From positions 2,902,475 through 2,966,474 of the forward strand of contig OZ255705.1 of assembly GCA_965277015.1 (NCBI GenBank): 64,000 nucleotides of DNA, read 5' to 3'. A program made the position numbers and the translations under genes. The notes below the pieces were generated by a model. The model did not search any database and had not been told where the DNA came from. It worked only from the letters and a program-made list of their open reading frames with translations. Below are positions 1 through 8,925 of this stretch, one piece after another (position 1 is the stretch's first letter; each line of letters starts with the position of its first letter). The DNA is from Henriciella sp. (GTDB lineage: Bacteria; Pseudomonadota; Alphaproteobacteria; Caulobacterales; Hyphomonadaceae).

Positions 1-25
1 TTTGACGAGCTGACTAGTGGGCAAT

Positions 26-1588
26 TCAAGCGGATTTGTTGCGGCCAGCGCCTTTGAGATCGCTCATTCGCACAGCGCCAAAGACGATTGCGGCGATGCC
101 ATAGATGGTCGCGCCGATGGCGATAAAGGCCAAAACCTCAACAAATTTGCCATAAGTCACCCAGCTTTGCAGTGTTTCGCGCTGGCCGATCAAGTAGATT
201 AGCGCGCCCCCCATGGCACTGCTCGCCAATGCCACAGAAACGAGCCGCGAGATCAGACGTGGGCCAGGACGGTACCAACCGCGTTTTTGCAAACCAAAGA
301 ATAGTAGCGCGGCGTTGATCCAGGCGGCGATGCTTGTCGCGATGGCCAATCCTGGGAATCCGGGCCAGCCTTGCGATTTGAACCAAAAGAACAATCCAGC
401 ACCGAGGACGGTATTGAGCGCCACAGTGAACAACACAAACCGCATCGGTGTCTTGGTATCCTCCCGTGCGAAAAAACCGGGTGCCAGAACTTTGATCAGG
501 ACGAAGGCCGGAACCCCCCAGCCATAATGTACCAATGCCAAACCGGCCTGATTGGCATCATTCAATGTGAAAGCGCCGCGCGCATACAGACCTTCAATCA
601 GATAGGCGGGCGCCACCATCAGTGCGATTGCTGCAGGAAGGGTCAGCGCCATGGCGAGGCCAATGCCATCGTCCATGAGTGTATTGGCGGATTTGCCATC
701 GTCAGTACGTGCTGCGCGGGCGAGCCGAGGCAGGATCGCGACCCCAACAGCGACCCCGACAATCCCAAGCGGCAGCTGATACAAACGGTCGGCATAGAAT
801 AACCAGGATTTCGCCCCTACTTCAAAACTCGCCAGGGCCTGGCTGACCAGGATGTTGATCTGCGTTCCGCTGGCGGCAATTGTCCCGGGGATGGCCAGCG
901 CGATAACTTTCCGAACCGCTGGAGTGAGCTTGGGCCAACCGAGTGACAAGGAGACTTTCTGGCGCGATACGCCCCACCATAGCAGAGCGGCTTGCGCGAC
1001 TCCGGCAATTGAGACCGCGATGGCTGCAAGGAAGGCTGTGTTGCGCTGATCGTCGCCGAGCAGAGCCGCCGTTATCAGGCAGATGTTGAGCAATGTCGGC
1101 GCCCCTGCAGAAAGCGCGAACCGGCCGGCTGAGTTGAGCACGCCCGACAGCAATGCCGCCAGCGCCATACAGGCCAGATACGGCATTGTGATCTGCGTCA
1201 GGAGAATCGCGAGCTGGAAGCTCTCGCTGCTCTCTTCATAGCCGCCATGAATAACTTTCATGATCCACGGCATGGCCAATTGTGCGACAATCACCAGGGC
1301 AGCGGTCGCTGCGAACAGACCCCGCATGGTCTGTTTTGCGACTTCGGTCGCGGCTTCCGGGCCTTCGGCTTCCAACGTTCGCGCATACGCTGGCACAAAG
1401 GCTTGCGCGAAAGCGCCTTCGGCAAAGATTCGCCGAAACAGATTTGGAAACATCAAGGCGGTGACGAAGGCATCGCCGATCGGACCGGCGCCAACTTTCG
1501 CGGCAATCAGAATGTCTCTGACAAAGCCGAGAATGCGGCTGCCCATGGTCAGTGAGGATTGCGTGAGCGTATTGCGCAGGAGACTCAT
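26..1588 (-). CDS. murJ: Lipid II flippase MurJ (MviN)
   Basis: 520 aa multi-TM protein with N-terminal SRILGFVRD, FPNLFRRIFAEGAF and ADRLYQLPLGIVG motifs; follows glnD as is common in alphaproteobacteria. Confidence 0.96.
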   Translation of the reverse strand: MSLLRNTLTQSSLTMGSRILGFVRDILIAAKVGAGPIGDAFVTALMFPNLFRRIFAEGAFAQAFVPAYARTLEAEGPEAATEVAKQTMRGLFAATAALVIVAQLAMPWIMKVIHGGYEESSESFQLAILLTQITMPYLACMALAALLSGVLNSAGRFALSAGAPTLLNICLITAALLGDDQRNTAFLAAIAVSIAGVAQAALLWWGVSRQKVSLSLGWPKLTPAVRKVIALAIPGTIAASGTQINILVSQALASFEVGAKSWLFYADRLYQLPLGIVGVAVGVAILPRLARAARTDDGKSANTLMDDGIGLAMALTLPAAIALMVAPAYLIEGLYARGAFTLNDANQAGLALVHYGWGVPAFVLIKVLAPGFFAREDTKTPMRFVLFTVALNTVLGAGLFFWFKSQGWPGFPGLAIATSIAAWINAALLFFGLQKRGWYRPGPRLISRLVSVALASSAMGGALIYLIGQRETLQSWVTYGKFVEVLAFIAIGATIYGIAAIVFGAVRMSDLKGAGRNKSA

Positions 1589-1603
1589 ATGAGGCTTTCC
1601 AGA

Positions 1604-4429
1604 CTAGAAACTATCCGCCGCGCTGGCCCGTTTGAGTTTACGGGCTGGCGTGCTCGGGCCGTCTGGTTCTTCGCGTCCAAGCGCGGCGAGGAGTTGGTCG
1701 CGCAATGACGATTTCATGGCCTCGTCGAATCCGTCGGGCAGCTCGACGTAAAACGCATCGAACACACGCTCGCCATATGATCCCACGTGTGCTGAGACGA
1801 TGGAGATGCCCGCATCTGCGAGGACTTTGCTAACATCGCTCAACAGGCCCGGGCGGTCTCGGCCCGAGACGTCAATCACGGTATAGGCCTGCGATGCATC
1901 GTGCGAGATCGAAACGCGAGGCTGAACAATGAATGCGGCTTTGCGTTGGTTCTGGCGAAGGCTCGGCTCAGGAATCTCTGTATCCGGGTCTATTGCCGCA
2001 CGTATCATTTTCTCCAGCCGATCCAACCGGTTTCGGTCATCCTTTGCAAACGGGTGACCATCGCCATCTTCGAGCACGAAGACGTCAACGATGCGCCCGG
2101 AAGGCCCGGTAAAGACTTGGGCGGCGACGGTTTGCGCGTCGAGCGCGCCAATCGCTTGCGTCATGCGCGCAAACAATCCGACACGATCTGGCGCGGAGAC
2201 AAACAAGACTGTTCGATCATGCGCCTCAGATGTGGCCTGGACGATGATTTCGTCCTCATCCGAAAGTCGCTTCGCGTGTTCGATCAGCGTTTCGGCGTCG
2301 AAGCCCGTCCAATAGGCTTCATCCATTTCCAGCATAACTTGCGGGACGGCGCCCAATTGATCGATGACAAGATTGCGATTGGTTTCTGCGCGCGCGGTCA
2401 GTTCTGCAGTGACGCTTTTCTCGTCGGTCCGTCCGCCGCGCAATGCGGCTTCGGTATTGTAATAGAGATCCCCAAGCAGCTGGCCTTTCCAGGTGTTCCA
2501 GACATTCGGTCCAACGGCACGGATATCCGCAACAGTGAGAATGTAGAGCAGGCGCAAATGCTCAAGATCCATGACTTTCGCGGCGAAAGTGACAATCGTG
2601 CGCGGATCGGCAATGTCGCGCTTCTGAGCGGTCTCACTCATTTCGAGATGGTTTCCGACAAGCCATGCCACCAGTTCGACTTCTGCCTCATCAAGGCCAA
2701 GACGCCGGCAAGCTTTGCGTGCGGTTTTCATACCTTCGATCTGTTGGTCACCGAGCCCTTTGCCGGTATCGTGCAACAGCATTGCCAAGTACAAGGCGCG
2801 CCGATTTTCGATCTTGCCGAACAGTTGGTGCGCCAGACTGAAACCGTCCTCACCCTGGTCCATCTTGGCAATATATTCCATCGCGCGGATCGTATGCTCA
2901 TCGACTGTATAGTGATGATACATATTGAATTGCGTCTGCGCGACGATGCCGCCGAACTCAGGCAGAAACCGTCCCAAAACGCCGGACTCATTCATCCGAT
3001 TCAGAGTCAGGCCAAGATTTTCGCTGTTCAACAATATATCCAGGAATACCTCGACCATATCTGGATCTGTGCGGTTCTTGGCATTGATCAGTTTGTCATT
3101 GCGGGTCGCGATGGTCAGCGAATCTGGATGCACATCAGTGCCTTGTTGATCGGCGAGTTGAAACAATTGCAGCAACGTCTTTGGATCGTCATGGATCGCG
3201 CCCGGATCAGCAAAGTTCAACCGGTTCCCAGAAAGCTCAAAACGCGGATCTGAAAGCGGCTTGGCTTGGCCCGATCCCGGCAAGAACCGGCGCCAGCCTT
3301 CGGGTCGAGCCTTTTGTTGTGCTTCAAGCTTCGCTGCCAGGATGCGGGTCAGGCCGCCGACATCCTTTGCGGCCAGGAAATAGCGCTTCATGAAGCGTTC
3401 AACACCCAATTGTTCGCCGCGATCCTTATATCCCATCCGGGCGGCAATTTCTGGCTGAAGGTCAAAACTCAGCCGCTCTTCAGGCCGTCCAGTAATATAA
3501 TGGAGATGACACCGCACGGTCCAAAGGAAGCGCGCGGCGCGCAGGAATAAATGGTATTCGTGCTTGGTGAAGACATGTGTCTTCATCACATCTTCCAGCG
3601 ACTCCGTGTCGTCCGGATGCATGTGCTTGACGATCCAATACAGCGTTTGCAGATCACGCAACCCGCCTTTGCTCTCTTTGACATTCGGCTCGACCAGGTA
3701 GCGTGCATTGCCTTGCCGGGCATGCCGGTTGTCACGTTCTTCGAGCTTGTCGGCGATGAACTCAGCATCCTGACCGGTCACAGCCTGTTTCGTGAACAAA
3801 TCGCGCGTTTCTTCTGCGAGATCCTTGTCGCCAAACAAGTATCGAGCATCGAGCAGGCTGGTTTTGATGGTGACGTCTTCTTTGGCCAGCCGTACGCATT
3901 CTTGTGGCGTCCGAAAGGCATGGCCGACTTTCAGCCCCATGTCCCACAGCGCATAGAGCATGTACTCAATAACGCTTTCGGCGTGCGGGCTGGCTTTGTA
4001 AGCGCGAATGAACAGCAAATCGATATCAGAGGACGGCGCCAGTACGGAGCGGCCATATCCACCGGTTGCAAAGACCGCCAGCCGTTCGCCCTCGGTTGGG
4101 TTTCGGGCACGGAAGACGTGCGTCGTAATGAAATCGAACAGCGCGTGCAGCACTTCATCCTGAACCGCCGATAGTAACCGAGCGGTATCCAACCCGTCAG
4201 CGCCTTGCTGCAGTCGTTCCTGGGCAATCAAGCGGCCGCGAAAAAGAGCGCCATGCAGGATATCGAGGGCTTCTTTGCGCGCTGCGGTCTCATCGCCTTG
4301 ATGCATCAGAGCGGCGGAGGTCAACTTCACGCGCAAGGCGCGGCCATCAATGATTGAGCTCAGCCGCCATTTGCCGGGGGTACGCTTCGCAGGCGTTTGG
4401 GTTTCGACCAGTTGAGCTTCATTAGACAT
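1604..4429 (-). CDS. glnD: [Protein-PII] uridylyltransferase/uridylyl-removing enzyme
   Basis: 941 aa; NTase motif GGYGR..LAPSSDIDL, EPNVKESKGGLRD, HD domain (HHYTVDEH, LLHDTGKG), two C-terminal ACT domains (DRVGLF, DRPGLL). Confidence 0.97.
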   Translation of the reverse strand: MSNEAQLVETQTPAKRTPGKWRLSSIIDGRALRVKLTSAALMHQGDETAARKEALDILHGALFRGRLIAQERLQQGADGLDTARLLSAVQDEVLHALFDFITTHVFRARNPTEGERLAVFATGGYGRSVLAPSSDIDLLFIRAYKASPHAESVIEYMLYALWDMGLKVGHAFRTPQECVRLAKEDVTIKTSLLDARYLFGDKDLAEETRDLFTKQAVTGQDAEFIADKLEERDNRHARQGNARYLVEPNVKESKGGLRDLQTLYWIVKHMHPDDTESLEDVMKTHVFTKHEYHLFLRAARFLWTVRCHLHYITGRPEERLSFDLQPEIAARMGYKDRGEQLGVERFMKRYFLAAKDVGGLTRILAAKLEAQQKARPEGWRRFLPGSGQAKPLSDPRFELSGNRLNFADPGAIHDDPKTLLQLFQLADQQGTDVHPDSLTIATRNDKLINAKNRTDPDMVEVFLDILLNSENLGLTLNRMNESGVLGRFLPEFGGIVAQTQFNMYHHYTVDEHTIRAMEYIAKMDQGEDGFSLAHQLFGKIENRRALYLAMLLHDTGKGLGDQQIEGMKTARKACRRLGLDEAEVELVAWLVGNHLEMSETAQKRDIADPRTIVTFAAKVMDLEHLRLLYILTVADIRAVGPNVWNTWKGQLLGDLYYNTEAALRGGRTDEKSVTAELTARAETNRNLVIDQLGAVPQVMLEMDEAYWTGFDAETLIEHAKRLSDEDEIIVQATSEAHDRTVLFVSAPDRVGLFARMTQAIGALDAQTVAAQVFTGPSGRIVDVFVLEDGDGHPFAKDDRNRLDRLEKMIRAAIDPDTEIPEPSLRQNQRKAAFIVQPRVSISHDASQAYTVIDVSGRDRPGLLSDVSKVLADAGISIVSAHVGSYGERVFDAFYVELPDGFDEAMKSSLRDQLLAALGREEPDGPSTPARKLKRASAADSF

Positions 4430-4480
4430 GGATGCGTGTCTAGCCCGTATTGCCCCGCTCTGGCTAGTTCCGCTGGCGCT

Positions 4481-5284
4481 TTAAACTGCGGATTGGCGGA
4501 GGGATTCCAGAGCTTGATCGAGGATTTCCTGGCTCGCTGCGCATACGAGTTGCCCGCCAGGTTTCGCTGGAGCCCCGTGCCAATCACAAGCCAAGCCACC
4601 GGCACCGCGAACGACAGGAATGAGCGCTGCCGCATCATACGGTGCGAGGCCAGATTCCGCGACCAGATCGATCGAGCCGCCAGCGAGACGGGCATAAGCA
4701 TAGGCATCTAATCCGTAACGTATGATCCGCGCGGTATCTCGCAGCGTTGTCCATGAGGTCTGTTCGGCCTGGGTCAGGATAAATGGATCGGTCGTGGAAA
4801 TCACTGCGTGGCTCAAATCATGACAGTCAGAGACCTGCAAACGCGTCTCAGATCCGGCAGCCCGCAAATAGGACCCTTCTGGCGATCCGACATAACGTTC
4901 GTCCAGAACCGGTTGATCGATTATCCCAACAATTGCGTTGCCGTGACGATCAACGAGACCAATCAGCGTCGTCCATACAGGCAGGCCGGCAACAAAAGCG
5001 CGCGTGCCGTCAATCGGGTCCAGGACCCAGGTCCAGCCGGTTGTGCCATCCTGACGGCCATATTCTTCACCCAGGATCGCATCTTGCGGACGCTGTGTGC
5101 GCAAAACATCGCGCATCGCGCGCTCGGCAGCTTTGTCAGCCTCTGTCACGGGATCGAAATCGCCGTCACTTTGCTTGTTTTCAACGCTGGTCAGGGCCCT
5201 GAAATGAGGCATGATTGCTGCGCGCGCAGCATCAGCCATCGCATGTGCGACGGCAATGGCATCAAAGTCTGGATTGGGTTGCAT
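4481..5284 (-). CDS. hisN: Inositol monophosphatase family protein, probable histidinol-phosphate phosphatase
   Basis: PVTEADKAAE, ILGEEYG, WVLDPIDGTRAF, GLAPYD motifs; GLPVWTTLIGL resembles the HisN subgroup. The IMPase family is secure, the HisN function less so. Confidence 0.8.
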   Translation of the reverse strand: MQPNPDFDAIAVAHAMADAARAAIMPHFRALTSVENKQSDGDFDPVTEADKAAERAMRDVLRTQRPQDAILGEEYGRQDGTTGWTWVLDPIDGTRAFVAGLPVWTTLIGLVDRHGNAIVGIIDQPVLDERYVGSPEGSYLRAAGSETRLQVSDCHDLSHAVISTTDPFILTQAEQTSWTTLRDTARIIRYGLDAYAYARLAGGSIDLVAESGLAPYDAAALIPVVRGAGGLACDWHGAPAKPGGQLVCAASQEILDQALESLRQSAV

Positions 5285-5316
5285 CGCTCGCGCTTAACCG
5301 CGAGACGCTGCTTTGG

Positions 5317-5715
5317 TCAAGCTGCGCCCGACCCGGACGTCTCGGATTCAAGCGCTTTTGCGAGTTCCAGCAGACGTCGACGAGGCCTTTCGCCCAAGCG
5401 ATAATACGCACGCACCAGTTCCAAGGTCTCTTTCTGGCTGAGAATATCTGCATCGAGGCGTTCGGCATCATTTGCCGCCATGCCCTGCATGTCTTCCGTT
5501 TCGAGGCCGTCAAAGAAATACTGAACAGAGACGTTCAGAGCTCTTGAGAGGTCATATAGACGTGAAGAGGTGACGCGGTTGGCTCCGCATTCGTATTTTT
5601 GAATCTGCTGAAACCTTACTCCCACCATACTGGCAAGGTCCTGTTGAGTCATGCCTAGCAAACGTCGTCGACGTCGAAGGCGCTTCCCTACATGCAGATC
5701 TGTTCTGTCCGTCAT
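5317..5715 (-). CDS. XRE-family HTH transcriptional regulator
   Basis: VGKRLRRRRRLLGMTQQDLASMVGVRFQQIQKYECGANRV, a typical alphaproteobacterial HTH_3 signature. Confidence 0.9.
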   Translation of the reverse strand: MTDRTDLHVGKRLRRRRRLLGMTQQDLASMVGVRFQQIQKYECGANRVTSSRLYDLSRALNVSVQYFFDGLETEDMQGMAANDAERLDADILSQKETLELVRAYYRLGERPRRRLLELAKALESETSGSGAA

Positions 5716-5916
5716 ACCGCACTCCCGGCTGATCGGGGCTACATCGTCGAGTCCCGAAAATGAATTATGCCAGACCTCTGAGCAAGACCCGTGCCGAAGT
5801 GAAAAAACACCCGTGATTCAAGGCGATAATGAAAGCCGAATGGCTTGCCCCTGGTGCGACGCATCCCATTGGCGCATCGAAGTTATGCGGCAGTGCAACG
5901 GATCAGGGGTTGTTTT

Positions 5917-5931
5917 TTGTGCGGTGCACAA
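5917..5931 (+). promoter_or_regulatory. Near-palindrome TTGTGCGGTGCACAA in the putative sRNA promoter
   Basis: Dyad directly upstream of the sRNA candidate; a TTGTGCA-like promoter element is known for mmgR-family sRNA genes. Confidence 0.5.
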
Positions 5932-5939
5932 TAAATTCG

Positions 5940-6022
5940 ACTGTAGCACTTTGGTGCTGACGCCTTCTGGCGTTTCCTCCCTTACCTAATATGGCCGCGC
6001 GGTTTAGCGCGGCCTTTTTTTT
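5940..6022 (+). ncRNA. suhB/MmgR (alpha-r8) family small RNA
   Basis: Two short hairpins (agcac/gtgct, acgcc/ggcgt), core TTTCCTCCCT at 5973-5982, then GGCCGCGC-6nt-GCGCGGCC + T8 terminator (5993-6022) on the + strand although both flanking genes are on the - strand; lies at the 3' end of an N-formylglutamate amidohydrolase gene, the known synteny of this family. 5' end is approximate. Confidence 0.8.
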
Positions 6023-6902
6023 ACGAATTCTCTCGTAGGGCGAAATCCACGATGTCTTCGATGATCCGCGAGACCTGGTCACGTGTGCGTCCAAAGCCTG
6101 CAGATTTCTCAACAGTCATTTCATCCATGTATAGTGCGCGATTGATTTCAATCTGTAAGACGTGAACACCGCGGCGCGGTCGGCCATATCGTCTTGTTGT
6201 ATAGCCGCCCGCATATGGCGCGTTGCGGGTGACGCTCAGGCCTTCCTGGCGACACCGGCGTTCAACGACTGATGTCAGCCGCGCTGAACAGCTCGAACCG
6301 AACCGATCCCCGAGGACAATGTCGGGCATGCTAGAGCGGCCAGGCTGACGAGACGGCATTGAATGACAGTCAATGACAATGATGTCAGACCAATTCGATT
6401 TCAGGCTCTCAATTTCGGTTTGAAGGGCTTGATGGTAGCGATCATAGACCTGATCGAGCCGAAACAGACCCTCTTTGCGCGTCATCTGATTGGCATATAT
6501 CTCGCGCCCACTGGCGCCGACCCGTGGGAAACAGCCAAGTCCGGCTTTCACGCGGGCACTTGGCATCCCAGCCATGCGCGGGACACCGTCTTCAAACATA
6601 CTGGCATCAAGTTCTCGCGCGTCGCGGTTCAAATCGACAAAGCCGCGCGCGTAATTGGCGCGCAAAAGCTGTGTCCCTTGCGTGGTCGCCTGCTCATAGA
6701 GTTCATCCACAAAAGCGTCTTCGGTGCGTTGCAAGTCTGCCAATGGAACGCAAAGCAGGGTTTGCATGGAGTCCGGATAGACGGTTCCACTATGCGGTGA
6801 TGCAAATATTACCGGCGCTCGCACGGAGTCCGCGCGCAACAGCGTATAAGCTTCAACCGCGTGTTCAATTGGTTCAGGGGAGACATCAAAGACAGTCCGC
6901 AT
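6021..6902 (-). CDS. N-formylglutamate amidohydrolase
   Basis: SPHSG, EDAFVD, RGFVDLNR, DCHSMPS, DIVLGDRFGSSC, NAPYAGGYTT, LQIEINRALYMDE motifs. Confidence 0.93.
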   Translation of the reverse strand: MRTVFDVSPEPIEHAVEAYTLLRADSVRAPVIFASPHSGTVYPDSMQTLLCVPLADLQRTEDAFVDELYEQATTQGTQLLRANYARGFVDLNRDARELDASMFEDGVPRMAGMPSARVKAGLGCFPRVGASGREIYANQMTRKEGLFRLDQVYDRYHQALQTEIESLKSNWSDIIVIDCHSMPSRQPGRSSMPDIVLGDRFGSSCSARLTSVVERRCRQEGLSVTRNAPYAGGYTTRRYGRPRRGVHVLQIEINRALYMDEMTVEKSAGFGRTRDQVSRIIEDIVDFALRENS

Positions 6903-7076
6903 GTCTCCAAGGTCTGTCTTCTGCGCCTCAGGTCAAGACCAAATTCCTGGGTTTAATGTTAATCCTGATGTGCCGAATGCGGAAAATGGCAGTTTATCTG
7001 AGAAATTTGCGGTATCTTCACTCCGGATTTACAGAATAATGGCAGACGGCATAGAGACGATCAGGGACGAAGACGA

Positions 7077-7436
7077 ATGAGCAAAATCTTGCTGGCAGAA
7101 GATGATCAGGCGATGCGCACTTTTTTGAGCGCGTCTCTGCGCCGCGCAGGGCATGACGTTCAGGATTTCGAGGACGGCGAAGGCGCGCTCGAAGCTCTGG
7201 AACGTGAAGTGTTCGATTTGCTGCTGACCGACATTGTGATGCCCGGCATTGATGGGATTGAACTCGCCCGCCGCGGGGCTGAACTCGATCCTGCCATGAA
7301 AATCGTCTTCATCACGGGGTTTGCAGCGGTCGCCTTGTCTGGCAGCGCGCCAACTCCGGCCGGGGCCAAAGTCCTTTCCAAGCCATTTCATTTGCGTGAA
7401 CTGGTTGATGAAGTCGAGCGAGTCATGGCCGCCTGA
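7077..7436 (+). CDS. cpdR: Single-domain response regulator CpdR
   Basis: 119 aa receiver-only protein; LLAEDD, TDIVMPGIDGIELAR, FITGFAAVAL, VLSKPFHLRELV match CpdR; context next to N-formylglutamate amidohydrolase and tRNA-Val. Confidence 0.9.
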   Translation: MSKILLAEDDQAMRTFLSASLRRAGHDVQDFEDGEGALEALEREVFDLLLTDIVMPGIDGIELARRGAELDPAMKIVFITGFAAVALSGSAPTPAGAKVLSKPFHLRELVDEVERVMAA

Positions 7437-7503
7437 TATCGGTTGCAGTTCAGGCTTGACTTGAAAGCGCCAAAAGGGGATTACCCCTCACTCTGAAACG
7501 GAT

Positions 7504-7578
7504 GGTCGATTAGCTCAGTGGTAGAGCACTGCATTGACATTGCAGGGGTCACAAGTTCGAACCTTGTATCGACCACCA
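7504..7578 (+). tRNA. tRNA-Val (GAC)
   Basis: Acceptor GGTCGAT/ATCGACC, D arm TAGCTCAGTGGTAGAGC, anticodon arm CTGCA-TTGACAT-TGCAG, GTTCGAAC T loop, encoded CCA. Confidence 0.97.
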
Positions 7579-7584
7579 TTTTCT
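7534..7584 (+). repeat. attL-type copy: tRNA-Val 3' half (51 bp)
   Basis: ttgacattgcaggggtcacaagttcgaaccttgtatcgaccaccattttct is identical to 14986-15036 and matches 35062-35113 with 3 mismatches. Confidence 0.95.
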
Positions 7585-7637
7585 CTGAATTATTACAGAC
7601 ACTTGTGCCGCCCGGCGAATTCCCAGCCTCATCGGAC

Positions 7638-7657
7638 TGGCAACGTTGTGGCAACGT
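7638..7657 (+). repeat. Direct-repeat pair TGGCAACGT-TG-TGGCAACGT (candidate tyrosine-integrase arm sites)
   Basis: Same pair recurs at 9767, 9963 (one mismatch, TC spacer) and 14861, each near an att core. Confidence 0.8.
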
Positions 7658-7914
7658 TAGTGGGTGCTCATCTGGAGAAATAAGCTTAGTTGTTCTGGGC
7701 ATTCAATCACGAGTCGATTCTCTTCTTTGTTTACATACCGAGGTGGTTTCGGAAGCGTATTCGAGTCGACATCGAATTGGTTCACTGCTTCTTTTAAGCA
7801 GGGGTCGATTCTCGTCCGTTCCTCCATGGGCATCGCGCGAAGCTTCTTACGCCAAGCACGTCGCCGCATGTGCCGGACATGCCTCCTCTTATCGAGACTT
7901 GAGCATCTCTTCAT
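7657..7914 (-). CDS. Small basic hypothetical protein
   Basis: 85 aa, Arg/Lys-rich N-terminus, C-terminal EQLSLF; start codon and expression uncertain. Confidence 0.35.
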   Translation of the reverse strand: MKRCSSLDKRRHVRHMRRRAWRKKLRAMPMEERTRIDPCLKEAVNQFDVDSNTLPKPPRYVNKEENRLVIECPEQLSLFLQMSTH

Positions 7915-8180
7915 TGAGTGAAATTTGCCCCCGGGATTGATCTCAGCTAGCGATTGCCGCTGATGCAGACGGAATTACCAACCAAGACCAGTTTCACTTA
8001 GGCTGGGTTCCACTTTAGTTGTTTTTACTAATGCAATTTGCAACCGTCGCAAGTAAAAGGCGATTCGTTCTCTGGCGAAAATGTGTAGGTTAGCTCTCTC
8101 TTATTTGCACCGGACGTGCCCAACCTTCCTAGAGTTAGGGCCGTAGTTACTTGCCGCCTCGTTTTCACAATATTTGCGTG

Positions 8181-8266
8181 ACGTGCAAAACTCATGAAAT
8201 ATGCACGGTATTCAGCAACCCAGCATTCATCGACAATTGCGGGCGTGCATATTTCAGGTGCAAATA
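8181..8266. promoter_or_regulatory. Putative res site / promoter of the serine recombinase
   Basis: 13-bp inverted repeat TGAAATATGCACG (8195-8207) / CGTGCATATTTCA (8244-8256) plus further GTGCAAA half-sites just upstream of the resolvase. Confidence 0.55.
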
Positions 8267-8293
8267 TAATCGGATTCTGATACGCTTTTCGGT

Positions 8294-8839
8294 ATGAAAA
8301 TCGGATATGCGAGAGTTTCGACAATCGGCCAATCAATCGAACGCCAGATTTCAAATCTGCGGGCTGAGAAAGTTGATAAGATCTATCGAGAGAAAGCTTC
8401 GGGGAAATCGGTTCGAGGAAGACCCGAACTTGAAAAAGCCATTGATGCGCTCGGCACGGGCGATGTTCTCGTCATCGCCGAGTGGGACCGCGCTACTCGC
8501 TCAATGATGGACGGTATTACGATTATCTCTCGCGTGGCCGAACGCGAAGCACTTGTGAAAGTCCTGGACAAGCCATGGCTAGACTTAACAACCCCGATGG
8601 GGAAGGGCATCCTAGCGCTGCTGTCTGCTATGGCCGAGGATGAACGAGAGCGCATTTTGCGGCGCGCGAATGAAGGCCGGGAAATAGCCAAGGCGAATGG
8701 TGCCAAGTTTGGTCGACGGCCTAAGCTCACAGACCATCAGAGATCTCGTGCATTGGAACGTCTGGCTTCTGGTGAAAGCCAGGACGCCATTGCGGCGGAT
8801 TATAATGTGCACCGCTCTACGATCTCGCGACTGCAATAA
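8294..8839 (+). CDS. Small serine recombinase (resolvase/invertase family) with C-terminal HTH
   Basis: MKIGYARVST catalytic Ser motif, EKASG..RPEL, DRATRS, ERERILRRANEG, FGRRPKL, HTH ..IAADYNVHRSTISR. Confidence 0.95.
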   Translation: MKIGYARVSTIGQSIERQISNLRAEKVDKIYREKASGKSVRGRPELEKAIDALGTGDVLVIAEWDRATRSMMDGITIISRVAEREALVKVLDKPWLDLTTPMGKGILALLSAMAEDERERILRRANEGREIAKANGAKFGRRPKLTDHQRSRALERLASGESQDAIAADYNVHRSTISRLQ

Positions 8840-8925
8840 GAAAACGTCCTAGCAGTGTATTGCACAAACGAAGAAAATATGTGTCGTTTGGCTTTAGGTG
8901 GATCAGTTCTTGGGTGGGGGTGGTA

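Noticed and set aside
1901-3253. Long + strand ORFs opposite glnD, and similar ones at 61383-62510, 48112-48852, 37085-37750, 10602-11387 and 25038-25673
   Set aside because: Antisense shadows of well-supported genes in GC-rich DNA, with no recognisable motifs
6945-6965. CtrA box upstream of cpdR
   Set aside because: TTAA half-sites are present (tttaatgttaat) but not at the N7 spacing
7481-7702. ORFs reading MVVDTRFELVTP / MVADTRFELETP (also 35036-35383)
   Set aside because: Translation of the tRNA 3' end on the opposite strand; artefacts
8028-8354. 108 aa - strand ORF upstream of the resolvase
   Set aside because: Overlaps the resolvase start and its res-like inverted repeats; no protein-like features
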